DNA from: an uncultured Thermoplasmata archaeon
Lineage (GTDB): Archaea; Thermoplasmatota; Thermoplasmata; Lutacidiplasmatales; UBA184
NCBI GenBank assembly: GCA_963708255.1
Contig: CAVPSE010000005.1
Span: forward strand, 182,347 to 246,346
Reading direction: 5' to 3'
Length of the DNA: 64,000 nt
Positions within the stretch are counted from its first letter, which is position 1, and the number at the start of each line of letters is the position of its first letter. This document shows, one piece after another, positions 9,395 to 19,158 of this stretch. Position numbers and translations under genes: made by a program. The notes below the pieces were generated by a model, which saw only the letters and a program-made list of their open reading frames with translations, searched no databases and was not told the origin of the DNA.

Positions 9395-11982
9395 TCACCG
9401 ATGAAGTCGGCCGTCCGGTCCCCGCCGGGCCGCCTTCGGGAGGGTCCAGACACCGGCCCGGCCGGGATAGGCGCCGGCAGCCTCCAGCACCGCTCGGACC
9501 CGGCGGGCCCGGGCCCCGTCGGCGACCAGGAAGAGCACGAACGCCCCCACCCGCTCCCCTTTCGACAGCCCGCGCCGGATCCGCTCGGGCCGAAGGGCTC
9601 CGGACACCTCGGCCTCCACATGCACGTCCCGGCCACGAAAGTAGCGCCACCCCCACTCCCCCCGGTGGCGCTCCAGCGCGTCGTAGAGTTCGCCGGGGGA
9701 GCGCGTCTCCTCGGGAAGCTCGGCGATGCGGACCCGCGCGTCGGGGAGCCGCGTGTCGAACCTCCCCTGCCGGATCGGCTCCAACCGGAGCCCGTGACGC
9801 GCGAAGATCCGCGCGGCCTCCACCACGAGCGCACGATGCTCCGAGCTTTCGGTCGCCGCCCCGGTCGGCGCTCCGATCCCCAGGATCCGCGCGCCGGCTG
9901 GCGTGATCCCGAGACGGCCGTCGTGGGCCTCGAGCCATCCCCGCCGGAGAAGCCGTCCGGTCCGAGCCACGGTCCGGTCCGCGGAGTCCACCGCCGCCGC
10001 CGCGCTCTCGACCCACGGGAGGGGATGGCCACGTTCCTGGGCTCCCCAGACCTCGAAGAGCACCTGGTCATCCTCGCCCGGGAGCCACGGTTCCTCCGGA
10101 TCGACCGGACCCACCGTGGCGCGGGTCGACGCAGTGAGGGATTCCCATGCCCCTCGGGGGGACGAGGGCAACGGTCGGGTGGAGACGAGCCGGGCGGGCA
10201 CTCCGGGGGTGGCGGCGAGGGCGTGACCGACCGGAAGAACCGGGAGCCACCGGCGGGCCTCGGCGTCCGAAAGCCCGATCCATGCGCCAGTGGTTCGCGC
10301 CGCCGCGGCGGGGACCCGGAACAGGACGTGCGAACCGGCTGCCCCGGCGGCCGCGGCGCGCAGTTCGGTCGACCATCGCTCCGGGTACTGGGTCGCCAGG
10401 AGGAGCGACACGCCGAACTTGCGACCTTCGCCCAGGATCTCTGAGACGAGCCGGGGGGAGAACGCATGGGCCTCGTCGAGGACGAAGAGGCATTCCGGGG
10501 CCCCGGCACCCCCGGCCGGCGGACCGCCGCGAGGTACGCCCGGGTCGCGAGCAGCGTCGCCGCGAAGGTGCTCGCTTCCGGACCCAGGGTCCGGAACGGG
10601 ATCCGGACCAGCAGGGAGCCCCCGGTCGAAAGCCAGGGACCGAGCTCCACGCCGCCGCTGGGCGGGGCGAGAAGATCGCGCAGCCGCTCCGACAACAGGA
10701 CCTTGGTGACGCGGGAGGCCGCCGGCCACAGGAACTCCGGGCTCCGCCGTTCGATCGCCGGCAGCTCCTCGAGGAACCGGGCGAGCTCCGGTCGACGTGT
10801 GGTGAGGCGTGCCGCCTCCCGCCGCCGCGGGTCCGTCAGGAGCTCGGCGAGGTCCGAGAGATCTCCCCCTCCTCGAGGGTGAGCCGGACGAACGTGTCGA
10901 ACAGCCGTTCCAGCCGGAACCCCCAGTACACCTCCGAGCCCTCCACCGAGAGCCGTTTGAGCGCCGCCACGAGCTCCTGGGCCTCGCTCTCGCCATCGGC
11001 GTCGGGAGCCAGGATCCTCACGCCGGTCCGGGTGCCGGCCGCTCCCTCGACGTCGACGGCTGCGACCTTCCCGTGAGGCATCCCCGCGAGGAGTGCCGAT
11101 GTCGCCGGGGCCAGGTCGCCGTGGATGTCGAAGAGGACCACGCTCCGTCCCGTTCGAAGCCGCTCGGCCGCGACGGACGCGAGCATCGAGGTCTTCCCGC
11201 TGCCGCTCGCGCCCACGACGACCGTGTGCAATCGGAGGTCGGCGTCACGGGGGAACGGAGGCGCCGGGGGTCCCGGGACGGCGGAGGCGGCCCGGGCCGG
11301 AGGCACCATCACGGGTCCGCGTGCGCAAAGACCGGGCAGTGTCCCTCTCTCCCAGGCCCGCCGGGCTCGCCATCCGTCGGCCACTCGCCGGGGGCGGATC
11401 GGAACCGCCGCGGACCGGCCGAGCAGCTCCGCCACCGGCACGGCGGCCGCGAGGAGCCGGCCCCCGAGTTCGTGGGCCGGTGACGGCGACCCGGACGCGG
11501 GCCCACACTCGCAGACCCTCCGGCCCCCCGGGGAACCAGTGCCACTGGGCCGACGACCCCGTCTGTTCATCGAACCGTTCGCCGACCGGGCGAAACGGGG
11601 GGGTGCTCGCGGTCCCGGCGGGATCGGTCGTTCGCCGGCCCTCGTCGACGGGGAGGGGGTTCGCTCTCGCGGGGGTGGGGAGGCCTTCGAGCACGGCGTA
11701 CGCGACGATCTCGCCGCCCCTCCGAACTACCCGGGGAAGGGCGACGGACCGGCGCAGGGTTCCCGGGAGCCCTTCGGCCGCGGAGACGATCAACATCGCC
11801 CCCTCCGGCGTGGCCGGGACGAGGAAGGGCGAGGGGGTCCCCGCGTGTCGCTCGATGAGGAGGCCGAGTCCGGTGGGCGCGAACGCCATCCGGCTGGCCA
11901 CCCGATCCAGGAACTCGGCCGCCCAGGCGCTCCCGGCGGTCCGGAACTCGTAGACGGGGAGGCCCGATCCCGCGGCCCCCAT
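9395..11982 (-). CDS. HerA/FtsK-like P-loop ATPase (DUF87/AAA_10 type) with an extra C-terminal domain of about 200 aa; broken by at least two frame changes, near 10860 and 10490, the latter in a G/C run
   Basis: Walker A VVVGASGSGKTSMLAS (in ORF 10836..11570). Walker B and Arg-finger region CLFVLDEAHAF...LGEGRKFGVSLLLATQYP (in ORF 9395..10996). An intermediate segment is in the frame of ORF 8938..10695. N-terminal barrel-like domain in ORF 11245..12117 (MGAAGSGLPVYEF...). The start ATG overlaps the TGA of the upstream small gene. Confidence 0.6.
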
Positions 11983-12317
11983 CACCGGCACCGTCCTCTC
12001 AGCTCGAGGATCTCCGCCTCGAGCTGACGGAGCCGGCTCCGCCGGGCGTACTCCAGCAGGGTCGAGGTACCGAGGGTCCTCCGTACGGGGTGATCGCCCT
12101 CCCAGAGACGGAGGCACCAGAGCTCCCGCCCGTCAGGGAGCCGGTACAGGGTCGCCCACGGTTGGTACGCACCCGCGATCGGGACGCGGAGGCGTCCTAC
12201 CCGGACGACGCGGTACGGCGCGCCGGAGCGCGGCGCCGTTCCCGAACGGCTGGCGTGGTCGGCGATGGCGAACGGAACGGGTTCCCAGGTCGGTGTAACG
12301 GGGCGCGTACGCGCCAT
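11982..12317 (-). CDS. Small hypothetical protein (111 aa), translationally coupled to the HerA-like ATPase
   Basis: ORF with protein-like composition (YRLPDGRELWCLRLWEGDHPVRRTLGTSTLLEYARR). Its stop TGA overlaps the ATG of the downstream gene by one nucleotide. Confidence 0.4.
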   Translation of the reverse strand: MARTRPVTPTWEPVPFAIADHASRSGTAPRSGAPYRVVRVGRLRVPIAGAYQPWATLYRLPDGRELWCLRLWEGDHPVRRTLGTSTLLEYARRSRLRQLEAEILELRGRCR

Positions 12318-12983
12318 AGAGAACTCCCGGGACCCCCGGCCGCGGCACCAGCGACCTGGGGTCCCCTCGCGGGTCGGGGGCGTCGGGCACGAGCCCGATC
12401 ACCCAGGTCGTCGGGACCCCGGGGATGCCCGGCGGGAGCACCGCCGCCCGGGGTCGGTCAGCCCGTCCGAAGGACGGGGAAGGTCTCCTCCAAGCCTGCC
12501 GGGGCCGCGGGAGCGCTCTAGTTGAAAGCGCTCAGGCTCGCGGTGCCGTCGGGAGGGTCCCCGCCCTCACCGTGCCGGCGTCGGGGGTCGGTTCGGTCCT
12601 CGGAGCGCCGGGGGGCCGATGGATCGGCGGGTCCGGTCTCCGGGGGCCGTGGCGTTCGGGGCGACGCGCGGTGTCGGGTTCCTTCGACCGGTCGAGATCG
12701 ACGGGGTCGAAGCAACGGGGAACCAGCGTGGGCCCGTTCTGATACGCCGAGCCGATCGGCCCGGGGGGATGGAGGCCGAGGCCCTCACTGAACGATGAAA
12801 GGTGGGGTCTCGAGCACGAAGGGGGAAGGGATGGAAGACCCCGCCGCACGCCAGGGACGCGGTGCCGTCCCTCTAGGCGATGTGAGCGGGGTCTTCCGGG
12901 GTGGTTGCAGACCAACAGTGGGTATCCGGGGTATTTGAACGCCGGATCGGGGGGTGGTGAAACACCCCCTCGTGAGGGCGTTG

Positions 12984-13460
12984 CTAATGCGCCCGGCGGA
13001 CCGAATCGTCCACCACGATGCGGGGGAGCTCGCCCTGGATCGCGGGGGTGCGCGAGCCGGGTCGCTCGGAGTCGGCTGCCCGAAGCCGCGGTGTAAGGTA
13101 CCTCTCACCCCAGAGACGTAGCTCCCGGGCCGCCGGCCCGAGGCCCGTTCCCATCTCGGTCAGGGAGTAGACGACCACGAAGGGACGCGTGCTGACCACG
13201 TTCCGTTGGACGACGCCGGAGCCCTCCAGGAACTTGAGGGTCGCGCTGAGCGTCTTCGCGTTCAGGCGCGGGTTGGACTTCAACAGTTCACTGAACCGCT
13301 GAGGGCCTTCAAGGAGCCGGTGGATGATGGCCAGACGCCACTCGGTACCGATCACGCCGACCGCGGCAATGACGGGGCACAGGGCCCGTCCCTTCGCCTC
13401 GCACGGTTCGTCCTTGGAGTGCAGAGTGAGGGCGGTTCGCCTCGACGGAGAGGGCTGCAT
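12984..13460 (-). CDS. HxlR-family (MarR-like) transcriptional regulator
   Basis: CPVIAAVGVIGTEWRLAIIHRLLEGPQRFSELLKSNPRLNAKTLSATLKFLEGSGVV...PFVVVYSLTEMG is the HxlR/DUF24 winged-helix signature. Confidence 0.8.
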   Translation of the reverse strand: MQPSPSRRTALTLHSKDEPCEAKGRALCPVIAAVGVIGTEWRLAIIHRLLEGPQRFSELLKSNPRLNAKTLSATLKFLEGSGVVQRNVVSTRPFVVVYSLTEMGTGLGPAARELRLWGERYLTPRLRAADSERPGSRTPAIQGELPRIVVDDSVRRAH

Positions 13461-13553
13461 GGGTCGCCTTATTGCTCACATGGAGGCGCGTATATTAAGG
13501 CTTACGGTGGGTAACCGAGTTACCAAGGGTAAGTAGGTGCCACCTGACCGTCG

Positions 13554-14225
13554 GTGGGGCCTCCATCGTTCCCGTGGCCGGCAAATGGTTTTGGCTCCGT
13601 TCGGCTGCGTATCGACAGCATGCATCGAACCGGGACCGACCTCACGGTCGAGCGAGAGGTCGAGGACGACCTCGGGGTGCGCCGACGCTACCGGATCTCG
13701 GCCCGGTTCGAGCCGGGCGCGGGCGAACCCGCCCCCGGGCCGGAGGAGACCGCCCGCCTTCTCGCGGGGCTCTCCGGCGAGCTCGATGCGGCGCTCTCGG
13801 CGGGACCGATCCCCGGAGCCGCCGTGCGGCCGGACCGCTCCGTGGCGGAGCTCGTCGAGGTGTACCATCCTCGACAGGTGGAGCTGGTGGAGCTGCTCCT
13901 CGCCGAGGGAGAGCTCACCCGGGGCGAGTCCGCGCGTCTTCGAGAGTATCTCTCGACCGGCGGGGCGCCGACGCCGCCGGTCCCCGAGATCGGGGGCGTC
14001 CCGCCCACCGAGCGGCCCCTCGCCGCCGCCCCCCTCTCTCAGGACCGGACGTCGAGCTCGGTGCGCCCGGTCGATGAGCTGGTGCGGTTGTACCGGATCG
14101 AGTCCCTGAAGCAGGCGGGCGCGGTCCGCGGCCGTCGTCAGATATCCTACGAGGAGTACATGGCCCTCAAGCGCCACTTCGGCTCGGCCGAGACGGTCGC
14201 GTCCAACGAGCCTCCGCGGTCCTAG
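13554..14225 (+). CDS. Hypothetical protein
   Basis: The plus-strand ORF has ordinary protein composition, while the overlapping minus ORF 13476..14231 is R/G junk. An internal Met at about 13620 may be the true start. An AT-rich patch (tatattaagg) lies in the divergent intergenic region. Confidence 0.4.
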   Translation: MGPPSFPWPANGFGSVRLRIDSMHRTGTDLTVEREVEDDLGVRRRYRISARFEPGAGEPAPGPEETARLLAGLSGELDAALSAGPIPGAAVRPDRSVAELVEVYHPRQVELVELLLAEGELTRGESARLREYLSTGGAPTPPVPEIGGVPPTERPLAAAPLSQDRTSSSVRPVDELVRLYRIESLKQAGAVRGRRQISYEEYMALKRHFGSAETVASNEPPRS

Positions 14226-14374
14226 CGCCATCGCCGCCGCTGCGCGCGAGGCCGAGATCTCCGGCCCCCGCCTCTCTCACGACGAGATGGCGGCGGGCGG
14301 GCATCTGCCTCCGGGGAGCGCCGTCGCTGCGCGAAACCTCCAAGACGACCCGGCCGATCGGGGGAGAGACGAGC

Positions 14375-15336
14375 ATGCGGTTCCGGACGTACGACGAGCT
14401 GACCCCCTCGATGGAGGTCGACCGTTCGCTCCTCCACCTCGCCGCGTTCAACGGGGTCTTCGCCCGTCGTTCTGTCGACATCTGGCGCCGCCGGGCGAAG
14501 GCGTTCGCCGAGTACGTCGGGCTGTTCGCCGAGGAACGCGGGCGCCTGGTCGGACAGATGTTCGTGCTCCGGATCGCGCTCACGCTCCCGAGCGGGCGGG
14601 AGACCGTGACCGGCATCGCCGGCGTCGGGACCCGGCCGGACCGGGGCGGCACGGGGGTCGCCCGGCGGCTCCTCACGGAAGCGCATCACCGCGAGAAAGA
14701 GGCCGGGATCCGGGTACTCGACCCTATGGACGAACCGGTCGTGGGGGGCGCATCGGCTGTACGAGAAGCTGGGATACCGGGACGTCTACTCCTCGCCGTG
14801 GGCGGTCCATGCCCCGCTCGATCCGTTGCCCCGGAAGCCCCGTGGGGCCTGACCCCGGCCGGCGCGCGGACCTCCCCGATATGGAGAAGCTCCATGCGAA
14901 GCAGGCCGAGGGACGCCTCGGGTTCGTCCGGGAGCCGAACGGCTACTTTTCGGCCTGGGTGGCCGCCGGCGATCTGGATCCCGCCCACGACCTCGTGGTG
15001 GTCCGTGGTGGGGGACGCGTTCAGGGGTACGCGCACATGGAGGTCTCGAAGCCCCGCGTGATCTGTGGCGAGATCGTGGCGAGCTCCTCGGCGGTCCGCC
15101 GGGCGCTGGTCCGGGAGGTGGAACGCCGAGCCGGCCGCCGGCCGTTCGCGTTCCAGATGACCCCCGTGACCGACACGCCCGAGCTCTTCCGGGGGAGCGG
15201 GTTCTCCAACTCTCCCCAGGGGTGGTACGTGTTCATGGCGAGCGCCCTCCGGCGCGCGTGGTCCCCACGGGCCGCGATCTCGGAGCTCGGAACCCAGGAC
15301 CGTCGGTTCCTCTGCCTCTCCGGGGATCGGTTCTAG
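14375..15336 (+). CDS. GNAT N-acetyltransferase with C-terminal SCP2-like domain (Eis-like); frameshifted in a GGGGGG run near 14750 and again near 14850
   Basis: GNAT motif GIAGVGTRPDRGGTGVARRLL and ...RLYEKLGYRD in a third frame. C-terminal domain MEKLHAKQAEGRLGFVREPNGYF...VICGEIVASSSAVRRAL in ORF 14287..15336. Confidence 0.6.
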
Positions 15337-15377
15337 CGCGCGCCACCGGCTCCCGGCCGATCCCGGGCAACGTCCGC

Positions 15378-16634
15378 CTAGAATGCGAGCCGGCGCAGGG
15401 CCGGGATCGTGGTCAGGGCGACGATGCCGATCGCGGCGAAGGAGACGGCCAGCGCGAGCGCGACCGGGAGCAGGGCGAACGCGGCGACCGCGACCCCGAT
15501 CAAGGCCGCCCCGGCCGCCCGGGCCGACCCCCGGAACAGGTACGTGTTCCCGAGAGTACGCCCGATGAGCCCCGGGGGGGTCGCGGCCTGGAGCAGCACG
15601 AGCAGGGTCGTGTAGAATGCGACGTCCACGAACCCCACGAAGAACCAGGCGGCGAGACTGAGCCCGAGCGACGGGGCTGCGGCCACCGCCGCGAGGACGA
15701 GCACTCCTTCGAGGGCCGTCGCCCCGGCGAGGATCATCCCCACCGAGCGCCGGGGCGAGAGAGCCCCGAGCGCGAAGCTGCCGGCGACGCCCCCGACCGC
15801 GAAGGCGGTGAACAGGAGACCGTACGATCGGAGCGGGTCCGCGAAGCTCCGATCGGCGACCAGGGCCACGAGGACCGGGGCGGTGCCGCTCAGGATCCCC
15901 TGCACCGCGGAGAAGCCGACCAGGGTCCGCATCGGGGGTGACCGGCTCGTCGACAGGTAATTCCACCCTTCCCGGAACTCGTCGGAGAAACCGGTCGACG
16001 CCGGCCGGACGAGCCGTGCCTGGAGCGGGACGGCCAGGACCGCCCCCAGGAGGTTGAACGCCCCATAGAGGAGCATGCCGTCGGCCGGGCCCACCACGAT
16101 GAGGAGCGCCGCCCCGACGGCGAACCCGGCGATCTGGTTGCCGCCCGAGACGGCTCCGGAGAGACCGTTGGCGGCGAACAGGTCCCCGGGGGCGACGATC
16201 CGGGTCGGCGTGGCGTTGAGCGCGGTCCACGTGAAGTCCCACAGAAGGGAGATCGCCGCCACGATGGCCAGCAGCAGCAGGGGGGTGAGGCGGCCATCGC
16301 CGGCCAGGACCCCCAGAAGGAGCGCGAGTCCCCCCTGCAACGGGTAGCCGATCAGCAGGATGGTGCGGAGGTTGGTGACCCGGTCGACGAACGGGGCCAC
16401 CGCGAAGGTCAGGGCGTAGATCCCGAACTCCAGACCTACGACGATCCCGGTGAACTGGGCGCTCCCGCTGATCTGCAGAGCGAGCCAGATGACCGCTACC
16501 GCGTAGACCGAGTAGCCGGTTTCGCCGGCCGCCAGGGAGAGGAAGTACGAACGGAACGACCGGTTCCGCAGCAGCGGACCGAACCGGCCCACCCCGGCGG
16601 CTCGACGGCCCGCCCCGGCAGCTGGGTCGGCCAC
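15378..16634 (-). CDS. MFS transporter
   Basis: 418-aa uninterrupted ORF with about 12 hydrophobic helices, typical of the major facilitator superfamily. Confidence 0.85.
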   Translation of the reverse strand: MADPAAGAGRRAAGVGRFGPLLRNRSFRSYFLSLAAGETGYSVYAVAVIWLALQISGSAQFTGIVVGLEFGIYALTFAVAPFVDRVTNLRTILLIGYPLQGGLALLLGVLAGDGRLTPLLLLAIVAAISLLWDFTWTALNATPTRIVAPGDLFAANGLSGAVSGGNQIAGFAVGAALLIVVGPADGMLLYGAFNLLGAVLAVPLQARLVRPASTGFSDEFREGWNYLSTSRSPPMRTLVGFSAVQGILSGTAPVLVALVADRSFADPLRSYGLLFTAFAVGGVAGSFALGALSPRRSVGMILAGATALEGVLVLAAVAAAPSLGLSLAAWFFVGFVDVAFYTTLLVLLQAATPPGLIGRTLGNTYLFRGSARAAGAALIGVAVAAFALLPVALALAVSFAAIGIVALTTIPALRRLAF

Positions 16635-16640
16635 GATCCC

Positions 16641-17945
16641 CTACGAGGCGGGCGCCCTCGGCACCACGGCCGTGGCGATGGCGCCGACGTCGGTGATCCC
16701 GGGCTGGAGGAGGATCGCGCGGGCCCTCGGGACGGCTCCCGACTCGGAGGAGGCCGCGACGACGCCGCCCGCCGGGGTCCGGTCCCCTTTGGCGGCGCCA
16801 GCGGTCCGGGCGACGCCGATCGTCATGTCGCGCCGGGTGAGCCGCCGGCTCGCCCGGGTCAGGAACTGACCGATGGCGGAGCGTTCGTCGGCGCCCTCGA
16901 GGAGACCGAGACTGAGCGGCGAGAAGGCCACCCACCCGCGCGAGGAGGGGTCCCCGTCGATCTGGATCGCCTCTTCCACCTTGAGGAGGAACCGGTCCGC
17001 CGCTTCCATCGGGGGGAGCGGGTTCGACAGTTCCGCGAGGCGGGGGAGCCAGCGCTTCTCGCCGACGACCTCGGAAGCGTCCCTCAGAGCATCGGCCGGC
17101 TCCGCGACGATCACCGGTCGGTCCACATTGGAGGGTCGGTCGACGGGGCGGGTGGGGTCCGGCAGGAACTGGGAGCGCATCTCCTCCGAGAGCCGGTTCC
17201 ACTCGCCGATCCGTTCGAGGGTCGCTCGCCCCGCTCTCCGCTCCGGCTCCGAGACCGGGACCGTGGGGCCGCCGCCCAGCAGCGCCGCCCCCTCGCCCCG
17301 GTCCACCACGAGGGTGACGACGTTCGCCTTCACCGCATCCGCGAACCGTCCGGCCACGGGACCTCCGGCGGTGAGCCGCGCGATCTGACCTACCTCGGCC
17401 GGGGAGGCACCGGCTCGGGAGAACGACTCCAGGGAGGAGGTCCAGGCCGACGCCCCGTCCCGGGGAGGCGACGCGAGGTAGCCGAACGCGCCGGGCGACA
17501 GGAGGAGGATCAGGAGGTCCCGGTCCGACAGCTCCCGGGCCAGTTCCTGGGCCGAGGCCGCGATCTCGGAGGCGATGGGGGCGCCCGGCCCGGACGCCGG
17601 GACGGTGCGGGAGCGGAACGGCACCTCCGGAGGAAGCTCGTCCGGCCCCACCGAGAATCCTTGGGTCAACCGGCTCCCGAGCGCCTCCGTGACGGCGAGC
17701 GATTGCGAGATGGACGCCCGGCCGAGCGCGAGGAACGCGATCTCCCGGTACCGGGTAATCCGAACGAACCGGTTGCCGATCCGCAGGACTTCGCCATCAC
17801 GTCGCACCGCGGCGCGGGTCAGTCGGTACGCGTCTGCGCCGGCGAGGGCGGCCCGGAACGCGGCCCGGTGGACCGGGTCGGCCTCGTCGGGTCCCGGGAG
17901 CTTCGACGGATCGAACGGCTCCAGAGGGAACGGCGGGGTCGCCAC
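16641..17945 (-). CDS. Glycerate 2-kinase (MOFRL / DUF4147 family)
   Basis: 434-aa ORF with the overall MOFRL-family layout (hydroxypyruvate reductase-like glycerate kinase). Sits immediately upstream of the MFS gene. Confidence 0.7.
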   Translation of the reverse strand: MATPPFPLEPFDPSKLPGPDEADPVHRAAFRAALAGADAYRLTRAAVRRDGEVLRIGNRFVRITRYREIAFLALGRASISQSLAVTEALGSRLTQGFSVGPDELPPEVPFRSRTVPASGPGAPIASEIAASAQELARELSDRDLLILLLSPGAFGYLASPPRDGASAWTSSLESFSRAGASPAEVGQIARLTAGGPVAGRFADAVKANVVTLVVDRGEGAALLGGGPTVPVSEPERRAGRATLERIGEWNRLSEEMRSQFLPDPTRPVDRPSNVDRPVIVAEPADALRDASEVVGEKRWLPRLAELSNPLPPMEAADRFLLKVEEAIQIDGDPSSRGWVAFSPLSLGLLEGADERSAIGQFLTRASRRLTRRDMTIGVARTAGAAKGDRTPAGGVVAASSESGAVPRARAILLQPGITDVGAIATAVVPRAPAS

Positions 17946-17999
17946 GATGAGGCGAGGGGGGCGGGGCTAATACTCCGTCGCCGGGGCGTCAGCCGAGGC

Positions 18000-19158
18000 T
18001 CAGCCGCTCCGCGGCGGCCGCGGGGCGGGGGCCGAGGAACGGCCCGGACCGAACAGGGTCGGGTCGAGGTCGCTCTTCTCGCCCAGCACCGCCCGGGCGA
18101 CGCGGCGGGTCGACGCCGGCGCGAGCATGAACCCGTGGCCCGCGAACCCGTTGGCGTGCACGAAACCGGGGAGCCGAGGGTCCTCGCCGATCACCGGGAG
18201 GCCGTCGGGGGTGTCGTCGTAGAACCCGGACCATGCCCGAAGGACCCCGATCCGGCCCAGGCGCGGGACGAGGCCCGTCAAGGCCCGGGCCATGGAGGTG
18301 AGGAACTCCGGGGAGCTCGGCATCCCGAGGCGGGTGCCCGGGGGCGGGTGGAGCGTGAGCCCCCCGACGATCTCGCCCCGCAGGGTCTGGCTGAAGTACA
18401 GGCCGTCGGAGGGTCCGGACCACCATCGGGTCCAGGAACGGTTTCATCGGCTCGGTGGCCAGGATCTCGTGCCGGCTCGCGACGTTGGGGGCCTCGAGCC
18501 CGGCCATCCGGCTGACGTCGCCGGACCACCCGCCGGCCGCGTTGACGACGATGTCGGCCCGGAGGGGACCTTGAGACGTGTCGACGCCGGCCACTCGGCC
18601 TCCTTCCGTCCGAAGTCCTTTCACCTCCGTACCGAGGAGGACCTCGACGCCCTGCCGACGGACCGCCTCGTAAAGGCCCCAGATCGCAGGGAACGGGTAG
18701 AGCGTCCCATCGGTGCGAAGGAACGTGCCCCCGACGATGCGGTCGATCGAAAGGCACGGCGCGCGCTGGCGGACCTGCTCGGGGTCGAGGACACGGGCCG
18801 GCAGTCCCTCGGCCGCGACGACCCGCTGGACCCCTCGGAGCCGGTCGAGCTCGGCCTCGGTTTCCGCGAGGAAGAGGTAGCCCCCCTGCCGGAACCAGAT
18901 GTTGTAGCCGAACTCCGTCCCGAACCGCCGGTAGTCCTTGACCGACTCCCGGGCGAGACGGACCGTCGCGGCGGTCTCCCACTGCTGCCGGACCCCGCCC
19001 CCGTTCCGCCCCGAGGCCCCGGCGGAGAGGAAGCCCCGGTCCAGCACCACGATCGGCCCGGCGCCGGCCGAGGCCAGGTGATGGGCGGTGTAGAGGCCGA
19101 TGATGCCTCCACCGACGATGGCGATCCGGTAGTCGGAGCGGGAGGGACCGTCGGTCAC
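18000..19158 (-). CDS. FAD-dependent oxidoreductase, SoxB / L-proline dehydrogenase beta-like (DAO family); frameshift near 18425
   Basis: GTG start inside a GTGA overlap with the upstream gene. YRIAIVGGGIIGLYTAHHLA (FAD Rossmann). C-terminal GFYDDTPDGLPVIGEDPRLPGFVHANGFAGHGFMLAPA in ORF 18000..18323. Confidence 0.65.

Noticed and set aside
8938-10695. 585-aa minus ORF 8938..10695, plus ORF 9035..10444, and ORF 9273..10016(-)
   Set aside because: These are mostly out-of-frame R/S/P-rich readings across the HerA-like and ThpR genes. Only a roughly 110-aa stretch of 8938..10695 (ERLRDLLAPPSGGVELGPWLSTGGSLLVRIPFRTLGPEASTF...) is real HerA sequence, and it is used in the stitched CDS.
12320-12980. 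Several 60-140-aa ORFs on both strands in the 660-bp gap upstream of the small HerA-coupled gene
   Set aside because: All are Arg/Gly/Pro low-complexity with no start-site logic. The stretch may hold an unrecognised small gene or ncRNA, but nothing supportable is visible.
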